From assembly GCA_025603075.1 (NCBI GenBank), contig MU626266.1, forward strand, positions 62,001 through 126,000: DNA of 64,000 nt. Direction: 5' to 3'. Made by a program: the position numbers and the translations under genes. Each line of letters begins with the position of its first letter. The stretch's first letter is position 1. The DNA comes from Neoconidiobolus thromboides FSU 785 (Eukaryota > Fungi > Entomophthoromycota). The notes beneath the pieces were generated by a model. The model had not been told where the DNA came from and ran no database searches. It saw nothing but the letters and a program-made list of their open reading frames with translations. Positions 40,192 through 50,953 of this stretch are shown one piece after another.

Positions 40192-40890
40192 TCAATACCA
40201 CTTTTTCGATACAGCAGCAAAATAAGCCAAATACTTAAAAACAATAGCAATAAATACAGCAATTAAATCCCAATATTTAGGTTGAGGAAATTGAAGCAAA
40301 TAGGGCAAGCGCATATAAGCTGGGATTAAGCAGCCAAGATAAAAAACAAAAGTGGTACAATAGATATGCCTCTTCAAATTTTTTTTACGGATATAGTAGA
40401 TAGCTCCTATCATAGCCCCAGTTTGAAATAAACCACCGATAGATATGCCTACTGAAAAACTATTGATGCCAGAGTAACGCTCATTCCAGGTAGTTATTAG
40501 ACCAAATAAAGTGCTAAAAAAAGTAGTTAAGAAGCAGAATTTCCCAAGAAATTTATGTAATTCTCGATAACGTGGACCCATACTTGGTACAAAGTACAAG
40601 TTGATAATACATTGAATTGTGATTGTAGTGCAAAAAACTAAATGGAAGAATAAGGCGGGACCGGTATTTTTGTCAAATAATAGGGGCGCACCTTTATATA
40701 AAGTAAACCATAAAGAGAGTAAGGAACTAAATAACCAATAAATGTTAAATTGGCCCTCATATATACTTTTGTTCTTTGGATTTTTAGCTGATAATGTTTT
40801 TGAATTTGTAAACTTGGGCGAGGCTTCATTATTCAAAATAATATTGGTATTTACAGAGGATTTATTAACTTGAGTAAGAATAGAAGACAT
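40192..40890 (-). CDS. DUF2306-like multi-pass membrane protein, intronless
   Basis: About 6 hydrophobic helices with conserved-looking His/Arg (FFHLV, LHKFLGK, KRHIYC, AYMRL). Confidence 0.6.
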   Translation of the reverse strand: MSSILTQVNKSSVNTNIILNNEASPKFTNSKTLSAKNPKNKSIYEGQFNIYWLFSSLLSLWFTLYKGAPLLFDKNTGPALFFHLVFCTTITIQCIINLYFVPSMGPRYRELHKFLGKFCFLTTFFSTLFGLITTWNERYSGINSFSVGISIGGLFQTGAMIGAIYYIRKKNLKRHIYCTTFVFYLGCLIPAYMRLPYLLQFPQPKYWDLIAVFIAIVFKYLAYFAAVSKKWY

Positions 40891-41206
40891 ACTTTTTGAT
40901 TTTCTAATTTTATTTTACAATACTTTATTGAGTTTATATACCTTGATTTAATCAGGCTCTTTGATCTTTTATTAGTGAAATAATCATTTGTTCTCTTAAA
41001 ATTAAAATCAAAACTTTCACCGAAATACTAGTCTTTGATTTTTAAGTTTAATTTAGTTTTTATATTATTTTAAGCGAGGATAATCAATTTAAAAAGTTAA
41101 AAATAAACAAAGCTTTCTTAAAATAGTCTGTAAGCTTCAAAAAAGGTAATTGAGGGATGAAAATAACAGTAGTTACTATTTAATAAATCTTATTACCGTT
41201 TAAACT

Positions 41207-41700
41207 TATACTCATACTGGTAAATATTGTTTGTTCATTTGAATCTTTTAGTAATATTTTAAAACTAGTTAGATTGTTGGTATCGAATTTATGACTGTAA
41301 ATTTAAGAGAACTTTATTGATATAGCTTACTAAAGATCGATATATTGATTGATTGATGATATCTAAATGATATTCAAAAAGTATATTCTAATATTTAAAC
41401 CGTAATATTTTAATATTTTAGAACATTAACTTCATTTAAACACTATTAATTAATTAAATAATATAGGGATGTTTTTTTGACTTCATCACTTTTTCGATTT
41501 TTTAAGTGCTATTTAAGCGAAAAGATTAGTACTAAAATTCCTAAACAAAAAACACATCCCCGTATATTGGTTTATAGTAAACTATATTGATAAACTTCTC
41601 TTAAGTTTACAGTCATAAATTCGATACCAACAATCTAACTAGTTTTAAAATATTACCAAAAGGTCCAAATGAGTAAACAATGTCTATTAGTGTGACTATA
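41207..41700. mobile_element. Fold-back element with ~126-bp TIRs and TA ends, containing MITE copy 11
   Basis: 41207-41332 is the reverse complement of 41575-41700, with a long identical core (GTAATATTTTAAAACTAGTTAGATTGTTGGTATCGAATTTATGACTGTAAA). Confidence 0.85.
41465..41561 (-). mobile_element. ~97-bp MITE, copy 11
   Basis: Reverse consensus match; flanks ATAT/GTAT. Confidence 0.85.
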
Positions 41701-42220
41701 CCATAGTTTAATATCTGTTTATGACTTATCAATAAATAACTTTCCGAATTGCATCACAAATACTTGTTATGATTTCCTTTTTAGTCAAATTGCGATTAGA
41801 TTTACAAATATATAACATGAGGGTTGATGAATAGTTCTAAGCAAATACTTGTTACATTTGCAAAAAAAGCTTGAAAGCATATAATTTAAAAGTTTTATTG
41901 TTAAACCGTAAAAAGAACGAGGTAAAAAATCTAAAAGACTTGGTTATCGTCATTTGTAGTCAAAATTCAATAAAATTGAATAAATTAAAAATATAAATAG
42001 AATAAAAGTAAACGAGTCTAATTTAAAAGTAATCTATTTTATATAAAAATGACCTACTTTTAAGGTTCTTGGATCTATATTTAAAATGTCAAGTAAATGT
42101 ATTTGCTTTTTAATGCGCTGAAATGATTTTGACTATTTCATTTTGGAATGTTTTTCCAGCTTATTGATATAAGAGCACAAATATTATGAGAAATTGATAT
42201 TGAATTATCTTTCTAAATAT

Positions 42221-42318
42221 GGGGCTATATTTTTGTTTAAGAATTTTATTAACAATCTTTCCGCTCAAATAACGCTCAAAAAAATGAAAGAAGTAATGAA
42301 ATCAATAAAAAAATCCTC
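42221..42318 (+). mobile_element. ~97-bp MITE, copy 12
   Basis: Consensus match; TSD ATAT/ATAT. Confidence 0.85.
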
Positions 42319-42645
42319 ATATGCTTCATTAGCACTCCTTTTTCTTTAATCAACTTTTCTTGGTAGCGTTGATATTGATGATATTCTTTTTGATTATAAG
42401 TTGAATAAACTAGATTAAATCCAACTACTTTATTAATAATTTCAAATAACTATTTATTTAGAAATCGATACTCAAGTAACTTAATTAGATTGCATAATTC
42501 AAATATTTTAAGAAAATAAAAGATAACTGTTCAAATATTATTGTCATTTGGCTTTAAAATAAAGTAAATTAAGGAATTTTTTTAGGATTTAAATGCTTTT
42601 ATCTTAATTTAAAGGATAAAGTAACAAAAATAAAATGGAAAATAA

Positions 42646-42739
42646 CGGGATGTTTTTTTGGCTTCATTACTTTCTCCGTTTTTAAGCGCCATTTGAGCAG
42701 AAAGATTATTAGTAAGGTTCTTAAACATAATACATTCCT
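42646..42739 (-). mobile_element. ~97-bp MITE, copy 13
   Basis: Reverse consensus match; TSD ATAA/ATAA. Confidence 0.85.
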
Positions 42740-42983
42740 ATAAGCTATTATTGGTTAAAGTGAAGCAAACTAGATTTATGAGTTTAATTTCAAACTAGCT
42801 TTTAAACATTTAGAATTATAAATTTTAAAAATAAAATATAAATAATAAGTTACAACTATTTATATTAAAAATACTTTTGTTTTTGATAATTAATTAAAAC
42901 TCAATTATCTTAACATACAAATAATTTTTATAATATTTTTATTACTTAGATAGAAAAACAAATACTTATTATAAATATTAAAG

Positions 42984-43064
42984 TTTGAGAATTCTACTAA
43001 TAAAATTTCCGCTCAAATAGTGCTTAAAGGATGAAAAAAGTAATGAGGCCAAAAAAAATATCCC
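42984..43064 (+). mobile_element. MITE copy 14 (5'-truncated)
   Basis: GAGAATTCTACTAATAAAATTTCCGCTCAAATAGTGCTTAA...ATATCCC. Confidence 0.75.
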
Positions 43065-43169
43065 GTTACATTAGCTATAAAAAGCAATAAAAATAAATAT
43101 AGATTAATTCTGTATTCAATAATATAAAGTTTATTATTTAATAGTTACAGTTAAAAGTAATTCTGTGAA

Positions 43170-43915
43170 ATCTGGTATCCAGTAATTGAAGTCAAAAGTA
43201 GCTATTTCCCGGTTGACTATGCTGTAAGCCAAAAGGTCTTAGTTTATTTGACTAATATAGACTTGAATTATGAAGAATAACACGTAATATGCTGTAAATT
43301 ATGTGAGGCAGATATAATAAATGGCACTACTGTAAAATCTACGTAAAACACTATTAAGAAAATTTAGTGGCTTTGTTAAATGTACGAGATATCAGGGAAT
43401 AATTCAGTTAAAAAGCCTTGAGCTACTATGTTCTAAGATCTCTTTTGTACTCTGAAAAATACAAATATCAAAACAAGAAGACAATATTCTTTGGGATGAA
43501 GCTAAAAATTCTCATAGTAGATCAAACTAAGAACATGGGATTAATTGTCTCTGAACTCAGGAACACAGCAACTTAGGTGATTATTATGTTATGATCAATA
43601 ATGGAGCTGAAAAAACGATATTTCACAGTTCTTGCTTAACCAACTGACTGTAAATCAAAAAAATCTTAGCTTGTATAACTAAGATAGACTCAAATTAACA
43701 AAAATAGTATGTAATAAGATATAAACTATATAAAATAGATATTATTATTATAAAATTTAATAGCTTCATCAAAAGACATAATATTAAGAAATAGTTTAAA
43801 AAAATTTCATTTATTAGAAAGTCTTTTTTATATTTTAATTAGATGGTTATACATAAAAAACACAAAAACTATTTTTTATTATAGTTGCTAAATATAAAAA
43901 TAAAATAAAGAACAA
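43170..43915 (+). repeat. Diverged duplicated segment (copy A) with a decayed ORF-like core; paralog at 56144-56935
   Basis: Shared blocks such as GACTTG(A/G)ATTATGAAGAATA, TACGAGATAT, TAATTCA(G/A)TTAAAAAGCCT and CAACTTA(G/A)GTGATTATTATG. Confidence 0.75.
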
Positions 43916-43999
43916 TATTTTCATAATTAAGTAGTATAAATTTTCATACCAAATCTAAATAAAAAACTCTAAATTAATTATACACGAATTTAAAAATAT

Positions 44000-44095
44000 G
44001 GGGATGTATTTTTGTGTTTAAGAATTTTACTAACTAATTTTCCACTTAAATAGCACTTAAAAGATGGAAAAAGTGAAGCCAAAAAAAACATCCTC
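44000..44095 (+). mobile_element. ~97-bp MITE, copy 15
   Basis: Consensus match; TSD ATAT/ATAT. Confidence 0.9.
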
Positions 44096-44337
44096 ATATA
44101 GTAATCTTTAATGACAAAATTATTTGAAGTTAATTAAGTTATTATATAAATCGTAATCAAACTAATCATAAAGCTGTAATTAACTTTTTAAATAATTTAA
44201 ATAGTTATCATATTACAATCAATTATAAAACTAGTAAAGCAATACTTTTATTCAATATTTAATATCTTATTTTCGATAATACTAATATTAATGTTTTTTT
44301 GATTACAAATTAAATAAGATTAAATTATTTACTATTT

Positions 44338-44538
44338 GAGAGTGTTTTTTTGACTTCATTATTTTTTCCATTTTTTAAGCGCTATTTAAGCGAAAAATTT
44401 GTTAGTAAAATTCTTAAACACAAAAATATATGGGGATGTATTTTTGTATTTAAGAATCTTACTAACAAATTTTCCGCTTAAATAGCACTTAAAGAATGGA
44501 AAAAATAATGAAGTCAAAAAAGACACTCCCATATCCCC
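44338..44538 (-). mobile_element. MITE copy 16, interrupted near its end by copy 17
   Basis: Reverse consensus 44338-44431 resumes as CCCC at 44535-44538; TSD ATTT/ATTT. Confidence 0.85.
44432..44530 (+). mobile_element. ~97-bp MITE, copy 17 (nested in copy 16)
   Basis: Near-consensus copy; TSD ATAT/ATAT inside the terminal repeat of copy 16. Confidence 0.9.
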
Positions 44539-44700
44539 ATTTATATATCTATTGTAATAAATATAAAAAACAAATTAAACAAGCTATTATTTTTAATTAA
44601 TAAATTAAAATCGAAATACTTTTACCCTATAATTACTGGAAAAAGCATTGATTATAACTAGTTTTTTTATGTTTTAAAATTTTGTTTATAACTAATATAT

Positions 44701-44791
44701 GGGGATGTATTTTTTAAAAATTTTACTAACAATTTTTCCACTTAAATAATACTTAAAAAATCGAAAAAGTGATGAAGCCAAAAATATCCCC
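44701..44791 (+). mobile_element. MITE copy 18
   Basis: Consensus match; TSD ATAT/ATAT. Confidence 0.85.
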
Positions 44792-44989
44792 ATATTATTC
44801 ACAAGTTTTTTAAAGTCTTTCAAATAAATTTATTTTAATTTATTTTTATTATAATCCTTGCACTTAGTAGATTATTGAATTTATATTAGAAAATTTTAAA
44901 CAAGTTTTGAAATTATCTCCAAGTGGCTGATATTTATAAAAATTATAGTTATAAAAATTAGCTGTTGAAAAAATATTAATCTATAATAT

Positions 44990-45083
44990 ACGAATGTTTG
45001 GTTTTATCACTTTTTCCATTTTTTAAGCGTTATTTAAGTGGGAAAGCTGCTAATAAAATTCTTAAGCAAAAAAATACATCCTC
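44990..45083 (-). mobile_element. MITE copy 19
   Basis: Reverse consensus match; TSD ATAT/ATAT. Confidence 0.8.
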
Positions 45084-45496
45084 ATATATATTATATAATT
45101 TATAAAAACACAATAGTAATGCATTATAAAGACACTTTGAATTTAAGATGTAGAAAACATAATTTAAAACAAATTTATTAAATGACTAAAAAGTGCTTTA
45201 TCATAAGTATAGTTTACAAATATTACAATTTGTTATATAAACAAAAAATGCAAAACTAAAATTTATATTTCTGTTTAAACTATATTTATCAGCGTAATCA
45301 AGATGAAGTACTTGGAGGTTTAGAAATAAGAATAAAGGGTTTGGAATCCTGTTGTATCTGTTAAAAAATTGCTAAATTCGATGTTTTATGAATTTACTTT
45401 ATATTGAACTATACTCCCCATTGAACTTTTGCAACTATTTACTTGAAACCTATTAAGTACACTACTATAAAAGTCTAAATACTCAATAAAGATCTA

Positions 45497-45592
45497 AGGA
45501 CCTTTTTTTGGTTTCATCACTTTTTCCATTCTTAAAGCGCTATTTAACTGGAAAAGTTGCTAGTAAAATTCTTAAACAAAAAATACAACTCC
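45497..45592 (-). mobile_element. MITE copy 20
   Basis: Reverse consensus match with a degenerate left end; directly abuts copy 21. Confidence 0.8.
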
Positions 45593-45596
45593 ATAT

Positions 45597-45695
45597 GGGA
45601 GTGTTTTTTTTGACTTCATCATTTTTTCCATTTTTTAAGCACTATTTAAGCGGAAAATTCGTTAGTAAAATTCTTAAACACAAAAATACATCCCC
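45597..45695 (-). mobile_element. MITE copy 21
   Basis: Near-consensus copy; TSD ATAT/ATAT; in tandem with copy 20. Confidence 0.9.
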
Positions 45696-47975
45696 ATATA
45701 TTGAATGTATAACAATAAAGAAATTGGATGTAATAGTCCTTAAGAAAATCGAGTAATAATAAACATCTTCTTTAGTAGTGCTAATTTTAAAAAATCACTA
45801 TTGATTTGACATTTTAAATTGAAATGACTTAACATAAAAATATTGGTTTTTATCGTTAAACTGGTGTTATCTTCAGCTATATCACTATCAAAATATTCGA
45901 CATTAAAATTATGACCAAGTCTTTTTTTAATGATTAGCTGGAAATTGGAAATAAACTTTAAATTCAGGCTATTTCTGGTAGTAGTAGCAGTATAATTATC
46001 AGTTTCTAAAAATAACACTTTGAAACTATTGAACTTTGTTAATCAAAGTTAATTTCTCACAGTTTGAAGCAGTATAAGAAAGTAATTTCAAAGACTTTAA
46101 TTTGTTCAGACTTATATATCTAACAATATTTCTAATAAATATATAACCCCTTCGTATTCAAACACTTCAACCTGATTTAAAGAACCTAAAAATATATTTA
46201 ATAATGATGGAAAGTTACTTAATTTTAAAATTAATTTTTTTAACCTTGACAGTTCCAATTCTAGTGACTCAAATTTCATATCAATTTCATTACCAGGCGT
46301 AGTTACGTACTCTATTGATTTTATATTTGGACAATAATTCAAATAGTTGATGATTGTACTGTTTATATTGATATGTCTCATGAGTTGGCCATTTTCTTTG
46401 ATAAACTTCAACTGATAGTACCAGTATTTATCAAATCCTTCTTGATTATAGACTGAGAAAGTTAAGTTGTACTTGATAACTCTACTAACAATTCCAAATA
46501 AATATTTACTTAAAAAGCGGTACTTAAAGAGCTCAAATGGATCTGATAGTTTGAAGATTCTCTCTAATAAAAGATCTGGTAGTAAATCGAATTTCAGTGG
46601 CATCTTTGGGTAAAATGAGAATATTAGGAATTAAAAGCGGGTCCTTTGTGTAGATTTATATGCCTTTGATTCATGATATCATTTTTTTAGTTTAGTTTAG
46701 TTTATTATAAAAAGTTAATAAATATCATACGAATTTGATTAAACAATGGTAAATACCAATTATTATTAATCAAGTTATGATAAAGATCAATCACTATAAG
46801 ATCAATCATGATAAAATTATGATAAGCATCAAAAATCAAACAATATCAAGTAAATAATAATAAGTAATCATTATTAAGCAGGTAACTATAAAAACTTTTA
46901 TTAATGATCAATCATTAAGGATTTCATTTATTGAGTTTTAGATAAAGGAATTGGCTTCTGTCACTTCTAGTTTGTCAAATAATTCCGAAATAAGATGGAC
47001 TTTATGATAAAATAAGCTAAGGTCGATTTACGCTTTATTATTATTAGCATATAATTTTATAATAAATGCAAGTCTATAAAAACAAGCATAACTAAGATAT
47101 TGCTTAAAGCTACAAACCATATGTTACAACTATAGCTTTAGCTTAATTTTATTTCTCTCATAGCAATAAAATCGAGTACTGTCAAATTCAATAACAATAT
47201 GCGAGTGTTTAGAGAAGGCTTTTAAGGTATTAATCATTAGGTCACTAGTATATTAGTCACTTTTTTATTATGAATGGTTTTATTGATTTGAAATTCCAAT
47301 ATTCATAACTATGGCATCAATTTCCCCAAAGTTTAATTAATTCTATGCCTATGTTTAAACTAATAGTAATATTACATTCAGTACTTATCCTTATTTTAGG
47401 CTTCTTATAAAATTTCAAATATTCTTTGAGTTATTTAAAGCAATGGCTTTCGCTTTAGCATGTTTTTTAATATTAAATATTATTTTTTTAGTTTTCTTTC
47501 TTTTGCTTACAAACAGTTATATAAAATTATTTTAGTATACCCCTTAAGTCTAAATGTTAAGTCAGAATCCACCTATTTTATAGTCTTACTCTCATTTTAA
47601 TATCGTCTCTTTTTTCAATACTATGTAAAAACCTCAAATATTATTTGCAGTCAACCTTAATCATTTCATTAAGTCTTAATTTAATATTAACTGATAATGA
47701 ACACAACTATAATTTTATTACTATTGGTTCAATGAGAAAATATTTCCTTTATTTAGAATTAAATAGTTTTTTCTATAAGTAGTAATCTGATTTTTGAAAA
47801 GCTTTTATCAAAGTTTAGAAAATATTAAGTAAAGATTATAATTAAAGTAAGTTATATAATAGTATAAAAGTAGAATTAAAGATTATTATATCAGTTTAGA
47901 CATTTAAAAAAGACAATCAGAACGTAAAAAATGAGGACAAATGTTTTATTGAGCTAATAATAATCCAATGTTAAT

Positions 47976-49304
47976 TTATTGTTGCCATATCCAATCTATC
48001 ATTGTATTATGTCTTAAATGGTGATGAAACTCTGAATCTCTGTAATAAATAGATATAATGAGTAATAGAGGGGTAGTAAGAGTAAGCCCAATTTTTGAGC
48101 CCGGGGTTGGACCCATCAGGTTAATACCTTTAATTTGAAGTACCTTAAGGTTTGGGAACAGATATAAAAGATTAGTAAATGCCTTATATTCAATACTAAA
48201 ATCACTGATTTTAATTTGTTTTATAAATCTACATTGTATTGACTTATATTTTTGATTATACGCTTTGCTATTATTTAGGTCGAGTTCAGTAAACATAACT
48301 TTATCAGAATTTAAAGGATTAATATGAATACTTTGAATATGTGGTACTAAAGAAATTGAACGTAGCAGTTCTTTTGATAAGCCAGCAATATGTATTTTCT
48401 TTAAATTAGATAATTTCAAAAAATCATAACTAATTCCGCACCTTGGATCAAAGCGACCTAATGTATTAATATTGCTACCTTCAATTAACTTTAACTTCTC
48501 TTCTTTGTAATCATTTTCAAAATAAGCACCCATGGCGTCCACTAATTTTATGCTATTAAATTTATAAAGGTTGCCAAAATATTTAATTTCAGAATAATTA
48601 CAAAAACCTTTTTCAATTTCTAACTTTAAGTTAGTAATAAAATCAATATTTGAATTAACTTGAGTAGGATCAATAAGTGAAATACCTGACTTTAGCTGCA
48701 ATACTTCTAACTTACTAAATTCTGTTTTAATAGTATCCAATCCGTTATAATCCAAATGGTCATAAGAATGTATTTTCAGTGATTTTAAACAATCTGGATT
48801 TAAATAGTCTATAATGTCTTTAATAACTATGTTGTTTCCTTCATACTTAAATATTTCTATTTGATTTAAATGACCTTTAAATATATTTAATAATTCTGAA
48901 CTTCCTTTCAATTCTAAATCCAACCTTTTCAATCTTAACAATTTTAACTCTATCAACTGCAATCCCATATCAATATTAATATCAGTATCATAATAGTCTT
49001 TATCTTCAAACTTGATCGATTTTAAGTTTGGACAATAATGTAAATAATTAATGGTTTTTTTACCTATATTAATATGCTTCATTAGTTTTCCATTTTGTTT
49101 AATAAACTTTGCTTGATAATGTTGAAGCTTATAAAACTTCTTTTCATTGTAAATTGAATAAGTTAAGTTAGATTCGATAGCTCTATTTACAATTCCGAAT
49201 AAATGTTTACTCAAATAACGTAACTCAAACAGCTCCACTGGATCCAATAACTCAAAAATTTCCTCTAGTAAAAGATCAGATAATAAATCGAAGCTCAATG
49301 ACAT
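47976..49304 (-). CDS. F-box + LRR/RNI-like protein (array member 2), 442 aa, intronless
   Basis: N-terminal F-box (FDLLSDLLLEEIFELLDPVELFELRYLSK) followed by LxxLxL repeats; paralogous to its neighbours. Confidence 0.85.
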   Translation of the reverse strand: MSLSFDLLSDLLLEEIFELLDPVELFELRYLSKHLFGIVNRAIESNLTYSIYNEKKFYKLQHYQAKFIKQNGKLMKHINIGKKTINYLHYCPNLKSIKFEDKDYYDTDINIDMGLQLIELKLLRLKRLDLELKGSSELLNIFKGHLNQIEIFKYEGNNIVIKDIIDYLNPDCLKSLKIHSYDHLDYNGLDTIKTEFSKLEVLQLKSGISLIDPTQVNSNIDFITNLKLEIEKGFCNYSEIKYFGNLYKFNSIKLVDAMGAYFENDYKEEKLKLIEGSNINTLGRFDPRCGISYDFLKLSNLKKIHIAGLSKELLRSISLVPHIQSIHINPLNSDKVMFTELDLNNSKAYNQKYKSIQCRFIKQIKISDFSIEYKAFTNLLYLFPNLKVLQIKGINLMGPTPGSKIGLTLTTPLLLIISIYYRDSEFHHHLRHNTMIDWIWQQ

Positions 49305-50133
49305 TTGGTAGGAAATTAAAATAAAAATAAAAGGTAAAAAAGATCCGCTTGTTTATAAATCACAATATGATCTTCAAAATAGCATTGGCATGATATCAAG
49401 AAAGTACAAAGCCAAGTGTCACACTAATCAAAAGTATAAGGTTATTTCCAAAGAAGTTCTGCTTTTGGGCAAATCTACTTGCGTAAGGGTGTAGAATTGC
49501 TACAGTCGATTTTTTTTACACAAAAAGAATTTCGCTTTTAGATATAAAAGATGTTTCTGTTGAAGCTAATAATGTTTCTATTTTTGCTCGAGAGAAGGAG
49601 GTTACTTTGGACACGACTTTATAAGTCAAAATATAGAATTATTTTTGTAAAACTAGTTGCAAAGATTTACAAAGATTTATTTTAAAAGCGTTTTATATAG
49701 TTTAGTTAGGATCTCCAGATTAAGAAAAATAAATTTATCATTAAACTTGTAATTCATAAATAATAATAAAAACAAAGGATGTAGTATTTTTAATAAACAA
49801 TAAGCAATTTGTAAAGTTTAATTTACAATCTTCCTGTATTTAATAACTGCTTGCATATCTTAAGTTACAATTTTTGCAATTTTAGTATCTTTATTAAAAA
49901 GATCCCAATAGCTATTAAATTTTTTTTGGCTAGATTTAACCATAGGCTAAAATTGAAAATGATGGTAAATTTATAATATAATAACATAAAATATTAAAGA
50001 AAATCTTTGAGGCATGTGTGTTTCAATATTAAAATTTATTCAAAATGTTTTTAAATGTATTAAATAGCATTAATCTGATAAAAATATAAATAGTAACAAG
50101 ATTCATAAAGATAGTAATAAAAATTAAACGTAT

Positions 50134-50224
50134 GGGTTTTTTTTGACTTCATTACTTTCCATCTTTTAAGCGCTGTTAAGTGGAAAGATTGTTAGTAAAT
50201 TCTTAAATACCAAAATACATCCCC
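50134..50224 (-). mobile_element. MITE copy 22
   Basis: Reverse consensus match. Confidence 0.85.
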
Positions 50225-50953
50225 AAATATAAAGATAAGAAATTATATACTAATTTTAAAAACTAGCATTATCATTTATATAATATTTTGTATATTTTAT
50301 GTTATCTATTAATAAAGTGTGTTTAATATTGTTTTATAGTTTGATTATTTTCAATCTTTTTTCCTTTCAAACTTGAGATTTACTTAAAAAATACACGTAT
50401 TTTTTGAATTGTATTTTGTATAAACTACTTAGTATAAAAAATAAAGTATGTTTTAAGTTAAATAAAATACAATTTATATCCAAATTGATGATTCCACAAA
50501 AAACTGTAAAATAAATCACACTTTATATAAGAAATACGTAAATCTAAATATAATAAGTTCCATCTAAACGATTTAATGTATTTTAAAATAAATCCCTGTA
50601 AACCTAGCTACAGATAGTCCTATTGTGGTTATAAGAAAAAAAATCAAGTACAAAAAGTTGATAATTTTCAACAAAAGTGAATGAAATTTGAAAATATTAT
50701 TATAGGAGTTCTTAATTTTATAACTTTTATAATAGCTGTTCTTAAATTTCTTTATCTTATCTTATTTATTTCTTCTCATGTGTGACAGTGATATGATAGA
50801 AAGACTATTTAAAGTTTGCTGTTTGATGCTATCAAGGTGGACTTACTGATTAATATTGTATTATTAAAATCTTAGTTTTAAACTGCAAACAAAAATAGAT
50901 AATACAAAAGACACATTATTTCTAATAAACACAACGCATTCACGCTCAACCTA

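Larger units (their letters stand above)
45100..46603 (-). pseudogene. F-box/LRR pseudogene (array member 1), frameshifted, carrying MITE copies 20 and 21
   Basis: Intact F-box start MPLKFDLLPDLLLERIF; frameshift near 46140; collinear fragments at 45740-46018 and ~45300-45490; 3' end approximate. Confidence 0.8.

Noticed and set aside
41465-45695. Cluster of 11 similar repeats as a CRISPR-like or integron-cassette-like array
   Set aside because: Spacing is irregular, orientation is mixed, copies are visibly diverged, each has its own TSD, one is nested, and there is no cas or integrase gene. This is a eukaryotic MITE cluster.
45508-45756. ORFs containing GVFLVSLLF/KILKHKNT-like peptides (also 2662-2925, 36531-36746, part of 57227-57658 and 24685-24879)
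   Set aside because: The shared peptide is just the translated MITE; it is not a protein family.
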